This document shows, piece by piece, positions 39,792 to 52,759 of a DNA stretch of 64,000 nucleotides. The first letter of the stretch is position 1. Each line of letters opens with the position of its first letter. Under the pieces are notes generated by a model, which did no database searches, was not told the origin of the DNA, and saw only the letters and a list, made by a program, of their open reading frames with translations. The translations under genes were made by a program, and so were the position numbers. This DNA comes from Dendrobates tinctorius (lineage: Eukaryota), in assembly GCF_039654945.1 (NCBI RefSeq), contig NW_027361733.1, forward strand, positions 23,560,001 to 23,624,000, read 5' to 3'.

Positions 39792-41296
39792 TTACTCAGG
39801 TACCGAGGAGCAACACGTGTGGGGATAATATCGCTCTTTCAGGGTGACCCCCAAGCATGGGCGTTTTCTCTCCGGCCTGACTCCCAGTCGCTTTAGATGG
39901 TGGAGGTTATTCTTCGGGTGTTGGGCCTTATATACGACGACCCCGACTGCATCTCCTTGGCCGAGTCCACACAGCGCCAACTTCAGCAAGGAGATCGTCT
40001 GGCGGAGGAGTATTTCTCAGAGTTTCGGAGGTGAGCCACAGACACTAAGTGGAATGATCCCACATTCCGTAGCCTTTTCTGTGAGTGGCTTACACTAATA
40101 GTGAAGGATGCTTTAGCCCTGTATGACACTCCAGTTTCCTTTGAGGTGGCCAAGTCTCTGGCAATTCGGGTTGATCGCCATCTTCAACAGAGACATAGGG
40201 AGACACCGCAAGGTGCGGGAGGTCCGGGGCCAAGGGAGATCGTTACCAAGTCATCTGAGGAACCCATGCAGGTGGGTGCGGCAACTCTGGTAAACTGTCT
40301 GTTTTTCGGGGAAAAGGGGGAGTGTGTTTTTACTGTCGTAAAAAGTGCCATTTCGTGGGCACGTGCCCTTCCCGATCTCGCAGTAAACAGCCGCAGGAAA
40401 ACTAAAAGGCTTGGGTTGCGGGGAGGTTAGCAACCCGGGTATACTCATCACCTCGGTGGGTAGGACACAATTTTTTCTGCCAGCAGAAATTCTTCTTGGT
40501 GAAACCAAGGTAGATGTGTCTGCATTTTTAGACGGTGGGGCAGGGTTTAAAGTGATTGATGCTAGGTTTGTCCAGGTCCAACGCCTCAATCCACATACAC
40601 TGTCCAGACTCATACCCATAATTGCCATAGACTTCGGCCGCTTAAGACAGGGATATTTTGCTCAAGTCGTCCGAGGTTTACATCTTCAGGTAAGGGCCAT
40701 GCACTCCTAGGTGATAGAGTTATGTGCTAGAGGGTCTGCCCTCACCTGTGGTTCTTGGACTTCCTTGGCCAATACTGTACAATCCTGTAGTAGATTGGCA
40801 GACTCTTTATGTGGTAAAGTGGAGTGAGTATTGTCAAGGACACTGCCTGGGTACTCGGCTTGCTAGGGTGGATACCCATTCTGTGCTGAAATATCAGTCT
40901 GACTTTGGGGATGTGTTCTCGGAAAAGGGATGTGAAGAACTTCCTCCCCGTCATCCTTATAACCGCACCGTTAATCTTGTTCCTAGTGCCAAGCTGCCTA
41001 AGAGCAGACTGTATAATATCTCTGGTCCAGAAAGGCAGGCGATGAAGGACTATATCATGGAAAGCCTGGCAAAGGGTCATAACAGACCATCCTCATCCCC
41101 CATTGCTGCGGGGTTATTTTTTGTAAAGAAAAAAGAATTAAAAAAAATGCCTAGATTTCTGCAAACTCAATATGATCACAGTCCGGGATCCATATCCGCT
41201 AACTCTCATCCCAGACCTCTATAATCACATTGTAGGAGCAAAAGGGTTTTCAAAACTGGACCTGAGGGGGGGGGCGTATAATCTCATTCACATTAA

Positions 41297-41625
41297 GGCG
41301 GTGTTCACACATTGCATTTTTTTTCACGTTTTTCCCGCGAATTTACCAAAAAATCTGCTCAAAAAACGTCTAAAAGAAGCTTCCCATTCATTTTAATGCA
41401 TTTTGCACTTTGTGCATATTGATGCGTTTTTTACCGCAGGAAAAAACGCTTCGCGGTAAAAAAAAAATGTAGCATGCTCATTAATTTCGTGGTAAATTCC
41501 GCATTTCTGGCTATTTTCTATGTGTCTGGGGATGCTCCGGAAAAAATTGCGGAAAAAAAAGCGCGTTTTCTGGGAAGGAGTCCGGTTTTCATGCAGAAGT
41601 TTTCTGCATACGTGTGCACATAGCC
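41297..41625. mobile_element. MITE inside Gypsy RT
   Basis: TIR ggcggtgttcacac / gtgtgcacatagcc, TTAA on both sides; splits the YNLIHIK motif from downstream RT. Confidence 0.8.
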
Positions 41626-41948
41626 TTAAGTGAGGGATGAGGGGAAATCATCATTCAATACGCCTAAGGGATACTATGAGAACTTGGTGATGCCTTTTGC
41701 GTTGATGAACGCACCCGCCTTCTTTCAGCACTTTGCAAATGACATCTTTTGTCACCTGGTAGGCAGATTTGTGGTTATTTAAATTATATGTCAAACTCGA
41801 GAAGTGCATGTTCTTGGTTGAGGAGATTCCTTTCCTAGGATATGTCTTGTCATCCACCGGTTTTCGCATAGATCTGGCGAAAGTCCAGGTGGTATTGGAT
41901 TGGGATTGTACTGAGGATTTGAAGTCGATACAAAGGTTTTTAGGTTTC

Positions 41949-42890
41949 TGCGAGGGATCTCAAAGGGGAAGGGGGGCGTCAACTTCACTCACCTCAGGGG
42001 AGGGGAGAGAAGGACCTGCAGGGATCAGCTCTCTGGCACCACCACATGCTCCAGGTCAATCAGGGAACTGAACCGAGGGCAAATAGTCGTCCAAAATGCT
42101 TCTCTTATAGGTACAAGTTAGTGAGGCGCTCCCAATGAGGGAGGATATATATCACCAGTCCAGGCTGGGGATATATATTTAAACGTCCCGGCCGTCACTG
42201 CCAGAGTTCCTCACTAAAACAATACAGAATTTTGCCACCAGTTCCTTGCTCGACATAAGCCCTGTCTGACAACAGGCTTATAATCGGGTCAGAAACCAAC
42301 CCGGGTAGCATACAATTGACCAACCGAGTGTGCGGACGTGGGGATTCGTGAATCAAGATAAAAAAAACAGCCCAAGATTGGTTTTATATTTAATATTTAA
42401 TCGCCGAAAATGCGCGCTAGAAATATACAGGTATATATTTACAAGAATAATATACAGGTATACAGTCATAATTGTAGTACGAGGCTAGGGTATAGATAGG
42501 TTGAAATTACTGTGTTATGTAGCATGTGACCACAGGGAGGCGCTGATGGATCACAGGTCCAAATCTTAGTTACAGACTTTCCTGGCTGCGTCAGCCAACG
42601 TATCCTCCGGCCATTAGAAAACTAAGTCCAAAATGAGGGTCTGCCTTATTTCTCCCAGGCTGTTCCCTCCCATACTCTGCTGCCTCCCCGGGCTGGGCTG
42701 CCTCCCTCCTCCCATGTCTGAGAATCTGATTTTCTGCATAGAATCATGGATGGCCCATAACTTTCCGCCCGAAGCTCTGAATGGATCGGTGGCACCGCCA
42801 ATGGGTTCCGCTGGATTCTGTCTGCGCATAGAGACTAAATATGCCTACCGTATGTACTTCCTGTTAGCTGTGCTTTATATCTCCCTATAA
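41949..42890 (-). mobile_element. Truncated unrelated LTR-like segment replacing part of Gypsy pol
   Basis: Non-coding block between QRFLGF and the ..NALSR motif; TG at 41949; minus-strand TATA-like (~42875) and ATTAAA (~42390) signals. Confidence 0.45.
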
Positions 42891-44892
42891 ACCGGGTAAC
42901 AACCGGGTAACAAAACCATTAAGGTGAATGCCTTATCTCGTTGTTTTCCTGGAGGACGCAATAACTGTGATCAAGGGGTGGCTATAGCGTCTATATGCTC
43001 CGATCTTGAAAGAAAGGTTGCTGACGCTCAGAGGGATGCCCCTGCTGCCTGTCAACTAGGTAAACGGTTTGTTTCTGTTAATCTTCGTCTAAGAGTCCTT
43101 AGTAAACATCCGGTCGGTCTTGGCTGGACATCCTGGTAATAAAGCCACCCCTGATCTTTTTACTCAGCATTTTTGGTGGCCAGAGGTTCATCAGGATGTC
43201 TGGGAGTATGTAGCCGCCTGCAGTGTCTGTCACGTTCTAAGACCTCTCATACTCGTCCGTCGGGGGCTCTCCAACCATTAGAGATTCCCAGTAGATCTTG
43301 GACTCACTTGTCCATCGATTTTATCGCGGATCTACCCGTGTCGGTGGGGAATACTGTAATTCTGGTGGTAGATAGATTTAGTAAGATGTCTTATTTTATT
43401 GCTTTACCAGCTTTACAGAATGCCAAGTCCTTGGCGCAAATTTTCGTCAGGGAAATTGTAAAATTACATAGCGTCCATCTGTCATTTTCTTCTGCATTTC
43501 ACGCGCAGTCTAATGGGCAGGCTGAATGGGTTAACCAGAATCTGGAGACTTATCTTAGGTGTTTTGTGTCTGAGTATCAGGAGGATTGGGTTACCTATTT
43601 ACCATTAGTCAAATTTGCAGTAAATAATCGTTGTCCTGAATCTACTGGTAAGTCCACGTTTTCCGGGCGTCTGGGCTCCATACTCAGTTCAGCTCATTTA
43701 ATAAAAAGCATCGTTCTGGATTACCTGAAGAGGATTGGTTTTCATCAACTATTACAGCCGTATGGCAGGGGATTACTAATAATTTGAGGAAGGTGGAATT
43801 CAAATATAAGTGTGTGGCTGACGTTTGGTGGGTCCGGACCTGTGTGTTGGTGACTTTGATGTGGTTGTCCTCTAGGAAGACTAAGTTGAAGGCCCCAGCT
43901 CTGAAACTGGGTCCCAGGTTTATCAGTCCTTATAAGACTGTAGCCATCGTCAAGCCAATAGCATTCCACCTTGCTTTGCCGCCCACCTTTAGGATCCATA
44001 ATGTATTTCATCAATCTCGCCTCAAAAATTACGTTACATCTTCAATACCATCACCACTACCACTATCTCCTGTCATTGTCGATGGAAACTTGGAGTTTCA
44101 GATTGCAAAAATCATGGATTCTCGTTTAGTTTGTTGGTCGCTTCAGTATCTCGTACATTGAAGGGTGTATGGTCCTGAGGAAAGGATGTAGGTACCCGCA
44201 TCTGACGTCCATGCGGCCAGACTGATCTGATCCCTCGTAGAAGGGGGGGTTACTGTCACGGGGTTACCGCAACAGAGAGGAGCCAGAAGACCGCAGCATC
44301 TGATTTCTCCTACCTCTGCGCTGAAAATAAGCACTTCTTTTTAAATGGTGTTTTTTTTCTTTTGGCAGAACAGGGGTTGATCTGTCATTTTGGAAACTCT
44401 GGGAGTATGAGCTCTTAGCTGAGTTCAATTAGCCACTCCCATCCCCTTTATAATCTAGGTTCTGATTCAAATGAGAGGTTTTTATATGAGAAGGAATTTT
44501 GGAGTAGTTATCTGTGACTGTTGCGTGGTTTGTAAGTGTGATAATTCCATTCCCTCCTCTTACTTTGGTTATTTCCCCATCCTCCACTCCCCGCTGCAGT
44601 CCCCTGTTATATATGAGTAAATATTTGTATGCCTGGTATTTTCAGTTACCCTTGCTCGTGTTGCCTTGCTTGTTGGGTTTTGGTACTGCAGTGCACAGCA
44701 AAACTCCATCTTTCTTGGGTGGGGGAAGAGAACAGACCGAGGGCTGATACATGAGATAAGGCAAGGGTGGCGGCCCCGGCATCTTCACCTTCAGAACGAT
44801 CCCGGGGAATAGGGCGAGCTAGGGCGCCCTCTAGTGGTAGGGACAGGTAAGGAGCCCCTGGTCCCGGGTCAACCGACAGCTGGGTCATGACA

Positions 44893-46110
44893 GGCACTAT
44901 TATAGTAGCTTTATTCTCGTACATAGGAGCAGTATTATAGTAGTTATATTCATGTGCATAGGGGCAGTATTATAGTAGTTATATTCTTGTACACAGGGGT
45001 ATTATAGTATATATATATATTCTTGTATAGATGGACATTATTATAATAGTTATAAGTTTGGACATAGGGGCAGTAATATAGTAATTATATTCTTGTACAT
45101 AGGGGGCAGTATTATAGTAGTTTTATTCTTGTACATAGGAAGCAGTATTATAGTAGTTATATTTTTAGACATAGTGGACAGTATTATATAAGTTATATCA
45201 TTACACATAGGAAGCAGTATTATAGTAGTTATATTCTTGTACATAGGGTCAGTATTATAGTAGTTATATTCTTGTACATAGGGCAGTATTATAGTAGTTA
45301 TAGTCTTGTACATAGGAGCAGTATTATAGTAGTTATATTCTTGTACATGGGGCAGTATTATACATGGGGCAGTATTATAGTAGTTATATTCTTGTACATA
45401 GGAAACAGTATTATAGCAGTTATATTCTTGTACATAGGAAGCAGTATTATAGTAGTTATATTCTTGTACATAGGGAGCAGTATTATAGTAGTTATATTCT
45501 TGTACATAGGGTCAGTATTATAGTAGTTATATTCTTGTACATAGGGCAGTATTATAGTAGTTATAGTCTTGTACATAGGAGCAGTATTATAGTAGTTATA
45601 GTCTTGTACATAGGAGCAGTATTATAGTAGTTATATTCTTGTACATAGGAGCAGTATTATAGTAGCTATATTCTTGTACATAGGAAACAGTATTATAGCA
45701 GTTATATTCTTGTACATAGGAAGCAGTATTATAGTAGTTATATTCTTGTACATAGGGAGCAGTATTATAGTAGTTATATTCTTGTACATAGGGGCAGTAT
45801 TATAGTAGTTATATTCTTGTACATAGGGTGCAGTATTATAGTAGTTATATTCTTGTACATAGGGAGCAGTATTATAGTAGTTATATTCTCATGCATAGGA
45901 GCAGTATTATGGTATTTATATTCTTGTATATAGGATGCAGTATTGTAGTAGTTGTATTTTTGTACATATGGGTAGTATTGTAGTAGTTATATTCTTGCAT
46001 ATAGAGACAGTATTATAGTAGTTATATTCTTGGATATAGAGACAGTATTGTAGTAGTTATACTGTACATATTCTTGCACATAGGAGGCATTATTATAGTA
46101 ATTATATTGT
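44893..46110 (-). repeat. 35-36-bp satellite, continuation of the 38202-39069 array
   Basis: Same unit and strand. Confidence 0.95.
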
Positions 46111-46114
46111 TGTA

Positions 46115-47230
46115 CAGTAAAAGTGAAAAGTTTAGATACACCTTTTCACTTGGAGACTCATATCTAAGGCAAAACAGCTACAAAGGAACACATATAGAAG
46201 TAAGGAGAAAAGAAACACGTGTGAAACAAACCATAATGTGTGTAAAACCTTAGACCCTGAGAGAACCCCTCCTTTTAGTCTGATGAGAGATTTACACAAC
46301 TTCTGCATTCTCTCAAACAACTTTATTAGGTTTTACCTGGAATGGCTTTCAATGAACAGGTGTGTCTTATCAAGAGTTCATCTGTAGAATCATTGGCCTT
46401 CAGAAATTGTTTGCGACCTTCCGGTGTGTTTTTCTGACGCAGTGTTAGTTCACAGTTCCATACAGTGCTGAGGCCTATTCGACAAATGCTAAAAGTCAAA
46501 ATCTGGCAAGAATCAATTAAAGGGGTCCTGTCATGACAATTATGCATGTAAAAATAAAGGTATGGCCATAATGGTGCTGCCATACTGATTTAAAAGATAC
46601 CTGTAGGGAAGAAATTCACATCCTGGCTCTTATTTAATTCACGTGAGAAATTTTGGTGCAATATGCAATATCTTTTTGTTGCAATGGGTGGGACTGTGGG
46701 TAGGGATTTTAGCTCTGCTGCGGCCCCTCTGCGTTTGTACGAGCCGCCTTCTTTTAAATTCACGCTAGCATCGTGGGCAACGCTTGCGCACATTCAGATC
46801 TGGGCGGTTTTCAGCAAAATGTCAGCACATGTGCAAATTGACATCTGATGGTCTTCAGCAAAATGGCACAGTCAATGATGAGCCAAGATGTCAATCTGCA
46901 CATGCGCCACCATCACATTTGCTGAAGATTGCCAGGAGATGAATGTGCCAAAGCGCCGGCCTCCCCAATGCATGAAAAGGATACTGCACCAAAACTTCCA
47001 ACGTGAATTAAACAAGAACCTAGGATGTGACTTTCTTCCCTACAGGAATCTATTAAATCAGTATAACAGCACCATTATGGCTATACCTTTATTTTAACAT
47101 ACTAAATTGTGATGACAGGTTCCCTTTAATTAAGCAAACAGAAACAACAGTCCATTATTAGTTTAAGACATGCAGGTCAGTCCACCTGGAAAATTGCTAG
47201 AACCTTGAAGCTATTGTTAATTACAGTCAT
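46115..47230 (+). mobile_element. Old Tc1 5' remnant interrupted by a TTAA MITE
   Basis: Left end cagt..aaaagtttagatacacc; decayed transposase start ..KQQSIISLRHAGQSTWKIARTLK. Confidence 0.55.
46521..47125. mobile_element. T2/Kolobok-type MITE
   Basis: TTAA|aggggtcctgtcat...atgacaggttccct|TTAA, ~140-bp imperfect TIRs. Confidence 0.85.
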
Positions 47231-47647
47231 GAATACTAACAAATAGGCAATCTCTGCATGTGTTGCGGCTGTCAAACAGTCGTGAGATATGCAGCCACAG
47301 CGACTCAAACATAGCATTAGAGCACGCGGAAGATGCTCTATTAGCCCTCGAGCATGCTTGGATAACACGTTATCCAAGCACGCTCGCTCATCACTACTCA
47401 TCTGTTCTCCATTCCCTCAATGTCATTTCAGCATATGCAGCCCGCAGGCACTGCAGACCCCTTGACAAGCTCTCTAGACAGCAATGCATATGGCAACCAA
47501 TCAGAGGCCAGCAGCTGACGTCGGGGTGCCAGTGCGGCGGCTTATGCTGTCACCGCCATGCGCTGGCATACCGATGTCAGCTGCTAGCCTTTAATCGGCC
47601 ACTGGCTGGCATTGGTATTGCTGTGCAGAGGTGCTGTCAATTTGTAA

Positions 47648-48101
47648 AGCTAGTTTCACACTAGCGCTTTTGAGCGCAGCGACGGCCTGCGCACGGCCGC
47701 CGCTAAGCCCCGCCCCCTGCCACACCTCCGCAGGTAGCTCCGCCTACCGTCGCAAGACGCTGCATGCGTCCTGCGTCCCCTATCTTTATCACTGGGGGCG
47801 CAGGCCGTGCGCAGTATGCGTTTGGCGGCGCATGCCTTTTTGACGGTGCGCCGACCTGCGCCAAACGCAACCTGCTGCAGTTTGGTTGCGCTCGGCGCAC
47901 CCTTCAAAAAGGCGCATGCGCCGCCAAACGCATACTGCGCACGGCCTGCGCCCCCAGTGATAAAGATAGGGGACGTAGGACGCATGCAGCGTCATGCACC
48001 GGTAGGCGGAGCTACCGGCGGAGGCGTGGCAGGGGGTGGGGCTTAGCGGCGGCCGTGCGCAGGCCGTCGCTGCGCTCAAAAGCGCTAGTGTGAAACTAGC
48101 C
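47648..48101. mobile_element. GC-rich palindromic PIF/Harbinger-like MITE
   Basis: TAA|agctagtttcacactagcgc...gcgctagtgtgaaactagcc|TAA; whole 454 bp is a near-perfect inverted repeat. Confidence 0.9.
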
Positions 48102-48237
48102 TAATCTGTCAGTTTGGTAACTCTGATGACATTATCCTTCGCAGCAGAGGCAATTGTTGGGTCTTCCTTTCTCGCTCATTACTACAGGTGAAAAGATTTT
48201 TTTTTCTTTTCTGTGTATGTGAAGAATGGAACAATAG

Positions 48238-50040
48238 GGGACATTATTCCTGGATGGAGAATTGGATGGGGACATTACTCCTGGATGGGTGCTGGATGGT
48301 GACATTACTCCTGGATGGGGACATGGGTCCTGGATGGGGAATTAGATGGGGACATGTGTCCTGGATTGGGTCATGGGTCCTGGATTGGGATATTACTCCT
48401 GTAAGGGGAAATGGATAGGGACATTACTCCTGTAAGGGAAATTGTATAAGGAAATTATTACTGGATGGGGAAATGGATGGGGACATTACCCCTGGATGGG
48501 GAACAGGATGGGGACATTACCCGTAGATTGGAAACATTACCCTTGGATGGGGAACATTACCCCTGGATGGGGACATGGGTCCTGAATTGTGACATCACAC
48601 CTGGAAGAGGGTATTACTACTGGATGGGGGCATTAGTCCAGGATGGAAAGTGGATGGGGACATTAAAAAAGAAAAAAAACAAAACACAAATGAAATGAAA
48701 GGTAAACTCACCAACCCTGATTAATGTACTAGCAGGATGCAGCAGACCTCCACTGATAAAGGCTGGGGCAGCACAGGTGCAACCCACTGATGAAGACAGC
48801 CAGTAACCCAGCAAAGAAGGGGCTGGCTGCCTAGTGGGAAAAATGCACAAAGATAAGGCTTGCATAGGACATCAGTCACACAGATAAATGTGGTGCAAAG
48901 TGTCTGAACAGCCTATTAATGACGCCCATAATATTAGCAGGTGGGCTGTTCAGCACTATATATATGCATGACACAGAAAAAATCAAGCCAACATAAAGAG
49001 GCCTAGCTGCATCCTGCAAAAATAATAAAAAGTGCAAAAAAAGATGAAAAAACATGGGGTATTAGTTACTATTTTGGCCAAAGCAGATAAGCTCGCAAAC
49101 CAAACCTCAAGGTTCCCCAGATTTTGTGAGTCCCTAACACTAAATCTGAAACAACGAACATAGAAAAAGATTAAAAAAAAAAAAAAAACACATATGAAAT
49201 GAAAGGCAGACTCACCAAACCCTGACTAATGCACTAGCAGGATGCAGCAGACCTTCACTGATAAAGGCTGGAGCAGCACTGGTGCAACCCACTGATGAAG
49301 ACAGCCAGTAACCCAGCAAATGGATTACTGGCTGGGATGGGGACCATTACCCTTGCATGGGGAACATTACACCTGGATGGGGAATTTGATGGGGACACTA
49401 CTCCTGGATGGGGACATGGGTCCTGAATTGTGACATTACACTTGGATGGGGGCATTACTACTGGAGAGACATTACAACAAGATGGGGAACAGGTTGGGCA
49501 TTGCTACAAGAAGGTAACCAAAATGAGGCATTAGTACAAGAAGGGAACCAGACTGGAACATTAGTGCAAGAGGGAACCAGAGTGGGGAATTAGTACAAGC
49601 AGGGGACCAAGATGGGGCATTAGAACAAGAAGGGGACCAAGATGGGCACATTACTACAAGATGGGGATATTGCTACAAGAGTGGTAACAAAAACAAACAA
49701 AAAAAAAAAACCAGGATGGGGACATTACTACAAAATGAGGACATCGATAGGGACATTACTACAAAGATGATGACCAGTACAGGAACATTACTACAAGATA
49801 AGGATCAGGATGGGGACATTACTACAAGATGAGGACCTGGATGGAGATATTACCACAAAAAAGGGACCATAATGGAGACATAACACCAAGATGAGTATCA
49901 AGATGAAAACATTACACCAAGATGATGCATTACTACAATAAGGGACCTGGATAGGGCGTTACTACAAGAGGGAACCAGGATGAGGTGTTAATACAAGATG
50001 GGGACACTACTACAATATGGGGACCAGGATATGGGAAATT
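48238..50040 (+). repeat. Degenerate minisatellite (ggatggggacattactcct / ggacattactacaagat) interrupted at 48661-49320
   Basis: Direct reading. Confidence 0.8.
48661..49320 (-). mobile_element. Penelope-like fragment with ~125-bp direct repeats
   Basis: 48690-48815 repeated at ~49195-49320, each preceded by an A-tract and containing actcacc (ggtgagt on minus). Confidence 0.45.
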
Positions 50041-50945
50041 ACAAAAATGTCTGCCAGAATTACTATATGTGCTAATTGTAAGACTATATTACTGTATGTG
50101 GCCAATGGGGGGAAACAACATTGTAAAAATATAAAAAAAAAACAAATAAAGCATGAAAAAATATTTTGCCACTGAAATAGCTGTTTCATATATAAACTAA
50201 ACAAGTATACCAAAAATTTGCTCGTTTGTTATCGCTACATCCATAAAGACCCAAGCTATAAAACTGCCATAACCCATACAATTAATTCCATTTAAAAAAC
50301 TAAAATAAACACTGCAAAAATGTTACAAAAAAATGGTCAAAAAATGTATAGCAAAAATGGTACTAAAAATGCCACTTTGTCGAACAAAGAACGCGGCCCC
50401 CCCAAATCAAATTTTTTTTCTATGTGCAGCCCATATACCCAACTAAGCAACCCCTGGCTTAGACAGATAATTGCAGAATTGATGTGAATATCATTACAGG
50501 CTCTACATTCATATTCAGCCAATTTTTGGTGCACAGTTTACCTGCCTTCCGGCATTTCTTCAGCCCTTCTGTGTTAAATAGGATTATTACAAGCTGCGGC
50601 CATTCTCAGGTCACTGTGATATCAGCTAAATTCTGCAATATGCATATTCAGCATTAGATAGTAATGTGTCTGTTGCAGATAGATAAGCAGAGCTTCATGG
50701 AAACTGAAGATCATAGGCTATAAACATCTAAAAAGAGAAGAAGATATGAAAAAAGATTAGAAGTACATAAAAATGGAATACACATAAAAAAGGCGCCTTG
50801 TGTTTCTTAAAGGGACCACAGACATAGAATAACCTTTCAAACATAACTTCACACAAGGGTCTACTAGGGGTGTAAATTGTCATCAGATCCCATCAAACAT
50901 GGGAAATTCACCTACAAAATAATAATGTTTATTGTTAGGCTTGAA

Positions 50946-51377
50946 AGGTAATCTGTCACCAGGTATTTGCTACCAAATCTGACAGCAGCATAATGTACAC
51001 AGAGACCCTGATTCCAGTGATGTGTCGCTTTCTGGGCTGCTTAGTGTAGCTTTAAAAAAAAAAAAAAATCACTGTTTTATAAGTAGTTATCCACAGAAGA
51101 TTAGTAAATCTACTGCCAGTCCAACCATGACGATACCAATGATTGTCAGCTTTCTGCCTATGTACAGGGTAAATAGAAAGCTGCCATTCAGAGGTGTGGG
51201 CGGGGTTATAAAGAGCACAGCATTCAGAAAACTGCTAGATCTGCAGCATGAATCACAGTTTTTAATAAAAAATTCAGCACCCAGTTAAAAAAGTGACATA
51301 TTCCTGGAATAAAGTTCTCTGTGTCTACATTATGCTGCTCTCAGATGAAGTAGCAAATAGCTAGTGACAGATTCACT
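50946..51377. mobile_element. T2/Kolobok-type MITE
   Basis: aggtaatctgtcac...gtgacagattcact|TTAA with inverted subterminal blocks. Confidence 0.7.
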
Positions 51378-52759
51378 TTAAAGATTCTTCTGTGAAAAGA
51401 AAAAACACATACTTAAATTCAATTTTATAAATTGCAAAAATACCTTAAATTAGCAAAAGACTACTACATCTCCAATCCTCAAGGTTGCTAGTTTCTTAAA
51501 CAGATCATCGTGAAATTCCAGTCAGCTTGGAAATGTTTTTGCCTGGGAGAAACTTTGCTGATGCAATATAACTACCTTGTGTCTTGATGCTCTGTCTTCC
51601 ACAACATCACCTTTGTAGCAGTTTGTCTGTTCCTCACCCAGTTTTAAGCCTGTTTATGTTTCAGTTAATGACTGTCTTTTAACATATGTCAGAAAATGAT
51701 GAGCAATTTTACCTGTGTGGTATTATTGGCTACTCCTGAACCTGACTATAATCCTACAGAATCCCCAACTAGAAGAACTGATTTAGTTTTGAAGGTAAAG
51801 GGCGATCACACCAAATGTTGATTTAGATTTCTGTTTTGTTCTTTCACTGTGCAATTTTATTAATTAAAATAATCTATTAACACTTCTATTTTTGTAAGCA
51901 TTCTTACTTTGCAGCATGTTTCTACACATGACTAAAATGTTTGCACAGTACTGTAGTTCAGGAGGTCTTATAATTGCACCCATTTCCAAACGGCGAATTG
52001 TACCAAAGACACTTCACCTTTAAATATTAAGGGCATCATACACAAAAACGCTGCATAAAACCAAGTTGTGACTAAATAGATTCTCTGGTCACATATCCAG
52101 CAATATGTCCTACAAAAATGAATGCCTTTATGACTGATTTATGCCACAATGGACTGTCAGCTCTTGGGATCAGCATACATGTATATCATATGTCACATGA
52201 GCGGAGTCAAACGCGGCTACAGAATGTAATAAGGTTATGATGGCGGTGATTTGATGCTGACACATGCATGAAGGCAGGATATTGGAAAATCTATGGCCTT
52301 GATATATGGAAGTGAACAACAATCTGCCCTGTGTTATTTAATTGAGAACATGAGGTTGCTCCATTTCCTGATAAAAGATGTGATGGGGGCGGGGGAGTAA
52401 TTGATAAATTAAATCAACGCTAAGGATCCTTGGCTCGAAGTCTCTGTAAAGTGTGGTGCATTTATCACTGGACGATTTAAAGGGCAATTTATTTTATAGA
52501 AATGTGTTAGTATCCATATACAAAGATATGGGGCTAAGAGTAATTTACCTAAAAATGGCTTAGGACCATAATGCTTTGTAGAATTCAATCATCTCCTTGT
52601 CTAATTGCATCTCTCACTCCAAACATGAAAGTTTTTATTGGGATAGAACAAGGCAGTAAAATACCTCAGAGCAGGATAAAACTTTCTGAAGCATTTTTTG
52701 GCGAATTTACACTAAAGTTATTGCAAATAAAAAGTAGAGTCTCTGGGTAAAAGCATGTT

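Larger units (their letters stand above)
39117..44892 (+). mobile_element. Degenerate Ty3/Gypsy chromovirus-type LTR retrotransposon, 5' LTR missing
   Basis: gag (EPKIALPERF, LFQGDPQAWA, EEPMQVG), protease (FLDGGA), RT (SSPIAAGLFFV, FSKLDLRG, FLGYV), integrase (WTHLSIDF, VDRFSK, QSNGQAE, KLGPRFISPY, HNVFH), chromodomain-like end (EFQIAKIMDSR, LQYLVH), PPT 44239-44253, 3' LTR TG..CA 44254-44892. Confidence 0.92.

Noticed and set aside
39844-44161. Domesticated PEG10/RTL1-like gene
   Set aside because: Many stops and frameshifts, MITE insertions, PPT and LTR show a decayed retrotransposon
48783-48838. SECIS-like or hammerhead-like hairpin (cccact-gATGAa-gacagccag-taa...ctggctgcc-tagtggg)
   Set aside because: No 3' GA for the SECIS quartet, no GAAA for a hammerhead, lies in a repeat and no selenoprotein gene is upstream
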